Source: Schmidtea nova
Taxonomy: Eukaryota
Assembly: GCA_044892505.1 (NCBI GenBank)
Contig: CM097882.1
Span: forward strand, 246,636,001 to 246,700,000
Reading direction: 5' to 3'
Length of the DNA stretch: 64,000 bases
Within the stretch, counting starts at the first letter, position 1. Each line of letters begins with the position of its first letter. Below, one piece after another: positions 57,024 to 64,000 of the stretch. The notes under the pieces are model-generated. The model was not told the origin of the DNA, searched no databases, and saw only the letters and a program-made list of their open reading frames with translations. The translations under genes were made by a program, and so were the position numbers.

Positions 57024-60000
57024 ATGAAAACTAATGAAAAATCAAAAACGAAGGGAGAGGAAGCCGCCGACACTTTCGCTTGTGATTTTTGTGAAGCGAT
57101 TTTTTCCGACTAAAATTGGGAAGGGGTTACACACCAGTAACAAACATCGTGATAAACACGATGCCGCTAAGATAAATAAAATAAATAAAAATAAAATCAA
57201 CTCGCGTAACGCAATTTGGACTGTTGAGGAGGAAGTCCGCATGGCTAAGGTGCATGTGGCATGTGAGAGACTCGAGTGTAATAGGGGAGTTTTGATGTAC
57301 AAATTAGGGACCGTTAGTGCTGATCGCTCCAAGGAGTCCATTAGAGCACACTTAAAAACGGTTAGGTATTGTAAAATATTACAAGTGTTAAGGGAAAACC
57401 CTGACGACAATATTTGCATACCGCAAAACAAGCAGCAGGTTCAGTTCGCCCACGATGAATCGGACAAAGAAGCAATCATTAAATACCTCTCCGCACTACC
57501 AAAGAAGGAAGGTATTGATGATTGGCAAGAGCGCGACCTTGACTATATTATCCACGGTCCTTCTGCGTCTGATGAAAAAAGAAGATGTCTAGAGATATAT
57601 TGTAATGATATAACCTTTAGCCATCGTCCCAAAGGAAAGCCACCCCGTAGTAAGGTTAGCCCACTAGTCAAGCCGTCCAAGGATGCGAAGAAGCATCTGA
57701 AGAAAGAGTTCCGAAGAAAAACATATGGAGCTCTCCAAGAACTATTCAAAAAAGACAGAAGTGAGGCAGCCAAAGTGATACTAGGGGGGAAGGTCGATTC
57801 TTTGGTGAGTGGTATCGAACCAGTTACGGGTCTGGGTGAGTATTGGCGTGGGGTTTTCGAAAGGGAATCAGATGCTGATACAAGAGCTGTAGAGACTGTA
57901 ACTGAGGAGAGTAATATGGTCTTATCTATAACCGATTCAGAGGTTCTGAATTCAGTTAAGGAAATAGACCTGAAGACTGCCTGTGGTCCTGATGGCATTA
58001 CTACTGCAACACTAAGGACGATCCCGACGTCTGTACTGGTAAAGTTATTTAATTTGGTTATTTATCTAGGTTATCTTCCTCCGGTTCTAAAAAGCTCCAG
58101 AACAACGCTAATACCAAAGACCGATAATCCAAAAAGTCCAAGTGATTATCGGCCTATTTCAATAAATTCAGTTATAACTAGAGTTTTAAATAAAATTCTC
58201 GCTCAGCGAACCCTAAACTATGATAAAAGTTTTTCAGCCCAAAAAGGGTTTAAGCCCATTGATGGATGTCTAGAGAATACTATTTTACTAGACTCTATCC
58301 TCTCGGATGCACGTAAAAATAAAAAGAATATTGCCCTCGCCTTCATTGACATGAAGAAAGCTTTTGATTCTGTCAATCATGACAGTATTTTGAGAGCGGC
58401 AAAAATAGCCCATTACCCCAAACTACTTTTAAACTATATAGAAAATAGCTACACTGACGCCGAGACCATTGTAGATGGAACGCCAGCTATGTTCAAAAGA
58501 GGTGTAAAGCAAGGGGACCCGCTTTCACCCGCACTTTTTAATAATATTATTGAGTTGGCGATTGAGAAAGCCTACAAAACCCAACTCGGATACAAGATGA
58601 ATGGAAATACCTATCCCATTATGGCCTACGCTGATGATATTATCCTTCTAGCTGAGACCAAAGAAGGACTCCAAGACATTCTTTCTTCTGTTCTTCGAGA
58701 ACTTGGTGAAAATGGTCTTTCAGTGAATGCTGCAAAGTGTGCGTCCATTGTAGCCAAAAGAGACGGGAAGAACGACAGTTGGATAATAACTCCTGAGCGA
58801 GTGGCCGATGGTGAAGAGGAATTTCCCATTTTGTTATCAAATGATTTTTATAAATATTTAGGCATTTATTTTGGTCCGCTGGGTAAAATGAAAAATAACT
58901 TAACTAAAATATATACAGAACGCATTAACAATATTACTATCTCCCCTATTAAACCACAACAAAACTGGAAGTCTTAACTAACTTCCTTATACCGGGCATT
59001 TTGCACGAAGCAATTTTAGGTGAAACTGATGACTTGGAGCTTTGTGAACTGGACAAGATAACCCGGATGCTTGTTCGTAAATGGCTACATCTACCCAAAG
59101 ATACGTGCTTTTCGTACATTCACTCCAAAGTTAAAGATGGAGGAATGGGGGTACCTACTCTCTTGGCTGAGGTGAAGTTTGCGAAGATAACTAGATTGAA
59201 GAGGCTTGCCGATAGCAGTGATGGAAGGATTCGCGGATTAGTGGAGCAGGATGTCGTCAGAAACTTGTTAGCCAAATGGAGTAAGCCTATAAACTGGTGA
59301 CTCCCTGGCGTACGAAAAACATACCTATTACGAGTCGATGCGAGACTTGCTGTATACAAAGCTAGATGGGAAGGGTCTGTATGGAAGCGACGAGGTGCCT
59401 TTTGTTCATAACTGGCTTAAGGCCCAGACTAAGTTGATGACAGGTAGATCCTTCGTTAACAGTGTCAAAGTTCGTGGAAACCTTTTTAGTACCCCGACGT
59501 GACTCAGTCGTATGAATGGCGGCTCCGCCACTTCATCATCTATATGTAAGGCGGGCTGTGGGTTACCCTGCAGTCTTAGCCACATATCACAAAAGTGCAC
59601 TGCTACGCATGGGATGCGAGTGGAACGACACAATAAAGTGATGCTTTTTACAGCTGACATCGCGAGGAAGAAGGGGTGGAAGACCCTTGTGGAACCGGTT
59701 ATACCGTATAAAGAGACTATACGGAAACCGGATTTAGTAATTATCAAGGACCGCCGTGCTATGGTCGTGGATGTACAAATTGTTAGTGACAAGTCAGATC
59801 TGAGAGAACGAAATACTACAAAGTCCAAGGTATATGATGAGATTGAGATACGTTACTGGGTCCTTGAGCAGGGGGCAGATACTGTAGAGTTCGGTGCGTT
59901 AACGCTGAACTGGCGGGGTATCTGGGTCGAGGATTCATGGGACACCGTACAGAAATTCGGTGTCACACAGTCAGATGCCATGCTCATATCTCTGAAAGTA

Positions 60001-60048
60001 CTAAATTGGACGGCGAGAATGTATTGCGCTTGGAGGAATTGGCACTAA
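57024..60048 (+). mobile_element. R2-clade non-LTR retrotransposon ORF (C2H2 finger, Myb, RT, CCHC knuckle, restriction-like endonuclease), disrupted
   Basis: FACDFCEAIF/PTKIGKGLHTSNKH; WTVEEE Myb; YRPISI, DMKKAFDSV, QGDPLSP, YADD, YKYLG; CKAGC...HISQKC...RHN; RKPDLV. Three frameshifts and one in-frame TGA. Confidence 0.93.
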
Positions 60049-61544
60049 TAGTTTGTATGTTTATATAATAACAGTATTGTTTTATAATATTATCTTTATT
60101 ATTAAAATAACCATATACTCTATATACTAATCTCACATTTCGTTTCTTATTTTATTGTTTATTTTTATTTAGTCTCTGGTTGTCTGATTGTTTGTCTGTA
60201 TGTTTGCTTGATTATAAAATAGGGGGCAGATCTAATTAAATTAATTACTTACAAAATATTTAGAAGGAAAGATTGCTTTGTAGGTTTCACTCGTGGATTT
60301 GGGGCCGCTTCCGAGACCCATTGCAGGGACAACAGAAAAAGCTGCGAAGAACTCTCCCGACAGTCCGTAGAGGGTCTTCTTTCGCTTAGAGGGTGGGTGC
60401 ACGATCGGCTGAGGGTGCAAGAATGGGTGGAACTCCCTTAGTATAAATCCCGCTAGTTAGGTCCAAGTCGTGCATTCGAGAAGACCCTGTGGTAAGTTCA
60501 ACTACTTTGAGTTTTCTTTAGGCATATTCGATCTTCTCTGCAAGAACAATTTTTTTTAAGTTTATTTTATTTTATTTTTATAATTATAATGAACCGGGAA
60601 AACTGGACGCAAACATGTATATAAATCTCTTGAAGATTCAGGCAAGACATTATCAAAGCCTCGAGTTTAATAGAGTATTAGTGTTTGTATGAGGATGAGT
60701 ACGATGCTTGTCCGGCAGCGTGGGAGTAGAACCACCAGCTACAAAAAGACAAACTACGCTATTCAGATTGCTGAATAGGACTACATGAGTTATGACTACT
60801 TATCATAACCAATGGCAGCGCAGCTTAGTGCCAGTCTCACCGTTTAAATGAAAGCGAAAGCAAGATATTCGGAGCTGGTTGGTGTTAAGTTGTAAGGACA
60901 GTGTGGGAGTAGGACCACCAGTTATAAAAAGATAAACTGCACCACTCGGCTTGCTGAGTGGGTTTACATACGTCAACGCGGCCGGTAATACGATTGCCTT
61001 AATAACGTACCTGTGGTGGGGGCAGCGCAGGGGGGAGCCGGATACCACAAGTATCTTTTGTCCTCTAAAGAATCCGTTGATCTGTCATGCAAGTTGAATG
61101 TTGGTCGTTGATTTTGTGGCTCGCCACTATGATTCGATTTAGCATTAATCTATCACTTCGACACTAATAAACTGACTCGAGTACAAAGAGAGGAAGTTTA
61201 CCAAGTGTAAGTAAAGATGATAGATGGTCCAAAGGTGATGAGGCACTGAGTAATCTCTAGGGATTGCTACCTATGCACACTTTGAGTAAAGTGTGCAGGC
61301 AAACCAATTGCTAATAAAGCGGTAAAACGTATGTTGGCTTTTGGGGAAAGACTCCGATAAAGAGTTTGTAACTCCTGCTAATCTTTGGTGGGAAAAACGA
61401 GAGAAGCATCTGCGTAGGTTGGTTCCAAAACAAACTGACCTTACAAAGAGCCTGTGCTTAAAAAGGAAAATAAAACTCCAGGTTAATATCTCGTTTTCTA
61501 CTTTATCTATGAGTTTCTCTAGCCATATGCCTCGACTGACAAAA

Positions 61545-61900
61545 ATGATCCTATACAAAAGATCGACAAAAAATTTCCTATACAAAAGACCGACATAAAG
61601 TTCTCTATTCAAAATAACCAGAACAAATATCCTATTCAAAAATACCAGATCAAAAATCACTGTACAAAATTTCAGAGTCCCCTTTTTACCCGAGAAAAAA
61701 ATCTCGGAGTAGAAAATCCTATTCAAAAGATTGACAAAAATTTCCTATACAAAAGATCGACCCAAAAACATAGTGGCTCCCCAACCCACCTGTACAAAAG
61801 ACCGACAAAATTTTCCTATACAAAAGACCGACAAAAGTTTTCCTGTACAAAAGACCGACAAAAATTTTCATATACAAAAGATCGACCAAAAAACATAGTG
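61545..61900 (+). repeat. Imperfect tandem repeat (CCTATACAAAAGACCGACAAAA-type units)
   Basis: Direct inspection; variable spacing. Confidence 0.8.
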
Positions 61901-61970
61901 GCTCCCCAACCCACTTTTTTTCTAGGGGGGGGGTTGGGTTGGGGAGCCAGTGGGTTGGGGAGCCACTAAC
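61770..61970. repeat. GGCTCCCCAACCCA direct and inverted repeats with a G-run cluster
   Basis: GTGGCTCCCCAACCCAC and its reverse complement GTGGGTTGGGGAGCCAC flank a G9-TTGGG-TTGGGG tract. Confidence 0.8.
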
Positions 61971-62326
61971 TACCTACTTTTATTTAATTAAAAATATATT
62001 AGTACATATTAAATTCAAAAAAATCTTATTTTTTTTGTTTTTTATAATTTTTATTTATGTTAAATTTTTTTTTTAATTTTTATAATAGTAATATTAATTA
62101 TGTAAAAGCAATAAATTGAGACTGTTTTTATTAGTTTTTATGTTTATATAAATGTAAATATGTATATTAGTCGTTGAATAAAGACTTTTTATTATATTTT
62201 TTAATATTTTTGTAATATCTGGAACCTAACCCCATAATTACATATAAAATCAGGTTCACAGTGCGCTATTTCGGTTTGCGCGTTGTTTTGTGGAACGTAT
62301 CTACCACGCAGTTGGAGGGTTTACTG

Positions 62327-64000
62327 TACCATGTTACAATCTTGCTTTAATATGTTGCAATGATTTCAGATTATTTTTTGAAATAATATTTTGAGACAAA
62401 ATGTAATGAATGTTCACGTTTTTGAATTTATCAAAATCTATATTTGAAAAACATTTAACCAATAATTTATAGCTTTAGGCAACAAATTTTAGTTTAATAA
62501 ATAGCAAGACGAGATTTGAAAAAAAATATTTTATTATTTATATATGTATATAATAAAAGATGTCACATATATCATAAGTAATATTTCTAGAAACTATTTA
62601 TAAGCAAGCTACTAATTATCAAAACGAAATGGTTAGAAGAATGCGCTGCACCATTTTTGTCACATAGCAACGGTTGCTAACTCAAAAATCATCAATAAAT
62701 ACACACAAAATGGCTCATTGCCATGGAATTTATTGCGAAAACAAGTACAAGCGTCGAAATATAATCCCTGAGGTGGCTGTTGCTTTCATTACCAAGTAAA
62801 CACATAGTAATAAATAAATGCGTCGATTTATTTTCACGACTATCGATAACCAAAAACGATATGAATACAAAGACTGACAAGAATTATTTTATAGTTAAAA
62901 ATTTTCAACAAATAAAATATTTTCAGCAATGACTTATTTTGTTATTTAATTATAATTTTAGATATCAACAAACACTAAATACAAACACTAAAAAACTCTA
63001 AAAAAATCTCCTTATTTTTGTGATTTTCAATAAATTCAAATAATTAATACAAAGAGTATTTGATACATGATTATAATGAAAGGATATTTAGCTATAAAAT
63101 TTTCAAAAATGATCAGTTTTTTATTTGTAATCAAATTATAATCCAAATGAAATTTAAGGAATATTATTTTTTTTCATTAAACATCGCACTAAATCATAAA
63201 CTTTGCAAATGATTGGATTGTCATCATTATTTCTTCGAATATAATGAAGAATTTTATTAAAGTTTGCTTTGAGAATATATTTATGAGATTTATCGCATGA
63301 TTCAATGAGGTCAATTAATATTCTAATGCATTCAAATAGTACAATTGAAGTATTTTCTGGATTATGTAGTTCACGATAAAGTAATTTAACAATTGTTTCT
63401 ATGCTCGAAACTAAATGTATTTTGTCCCTTAATCTTGGAATAAATCTGGCTATTAGTTTCAAATCTCTCAATTTATTTATAGAGGAACTATCTTTAAGAT
63501 TGTCAATAGTTCTTCGTAAAGTTTTCGAAGAAGTAGTCATTAGATATTGAGGAATATCGTCTTTGAAGACATTCAATGCTGGATTTTCGTGTTTCAATAA
63601 CAAAGTCAATTGTTGGTTTTTAATATTAGGATTTGGCTGCGGATAAACTTTAACCGTTTTCACATTTCCACAGGTAGATACGACTCTAACAGTTTTATAT
63701 TCAGTAGACATTTTAAAGTATAAATAATTTTAAGTAAACTAATTTTTATTTGGTAATCTAAATAGAGATTATGTTTTTATTGGTTTAAATTCTATAACAT
63801 TTTATTGGTTATAATGCAAATGCATATTGAACATTACGAGAGAAAATAGTGATCGTTACCTTACATATTTAGTAGTTTAAAAAATTATAGATCATTGTGT
63901 CTTTAATCATTAGAAATTTATCAAATCATTCCTCTCATATTATCTAAATAGTAATTCTCACATTTTTAATATTACATGATTTTGAACATATTGTGACCAT
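62327..64000. repeat. Array resumes (more diverged units)
   Basis: Starts at TACCATGTTACAATC; carries extra substitutions and a small insertion relative to the central units. Confidence 0.92.
63154..63711 (-). CDS. Array ORF, 185-aa form
   Basis: Tandem copy with several private substitutions but an intact frame. Confidence 0.75.
   Translation of the reverse strand: MSTEYKTVRVVSTCGNVKTVKVYPQPNPNIKNQQLTLLLKHENPALNVFKDDIPQYLMTTSSKTLRRTIDNLKDSSSINKLRDLKLIARFIPRLRDKIHLVSSIETIVKLLYRELHNPENTSIVLFECIRILIDLIESCDKSHKYILKANFNKILHYIRRNNDDNPIICKVYDLVRCLMKKNNIP

Noticed and set aside
60365-60495. AGGGTCTTCT/AGAAGACCCT inverted pair resembling an LSU or mitochondrial 16S motif; TCACTCGTGG near 60287 resembling an HDV ribozyme loop
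   Set aside because: Matches are at most 16 nt and do not extend; the HDV P1/P2/P3 pairings could not be built
61271-61726. 151-aa and 85-aa ORFs downstream of R2
   Set aside because: Overlap a tandem repeat; non-ATG or low-information sequence; no domain

Overview
AT-rich eukaryotic DNA, most likely from an invertebrate animal, with three components. (1) A head-to-tail ~1.7-kb tandem array (1-1428, 20300-53461, 62327-64000). Each unit carries an intronless minus-strand ORF of 173 or 185 aa with an armadillo/HEAT-like helical pattern; about 22 copies are visible. (2) An apparently intact ~18.9-kb Polinton/Maverick (1429-20299) inserted in one unit, with a 6-bp TACATG target duplication and ~1.4-kb terminal inverted repeats. 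It encodes pPolB, integrase, packaging ATPase, adenain-type protease and major and minor capsid proteins. Its accessory genes include a divergent TATA-binding-protein homolog and a Cys-rich membrane protein. Several of its genes, including integrase and protease, need short GT-AG introns to be read. Its TIRs contain exact AP-1, EGR and E2F consensus sites. (3) An ~8.9-kb block (53462-62326) that interrupts the array 5 bp from the same unit position. It holds a 28S rRNA fragment, tandem repeats, long hairpins and a frameshifted R2-clade non-LTR retrotransposon. All protein family calls come from motif recognition by eye; no database search was run.
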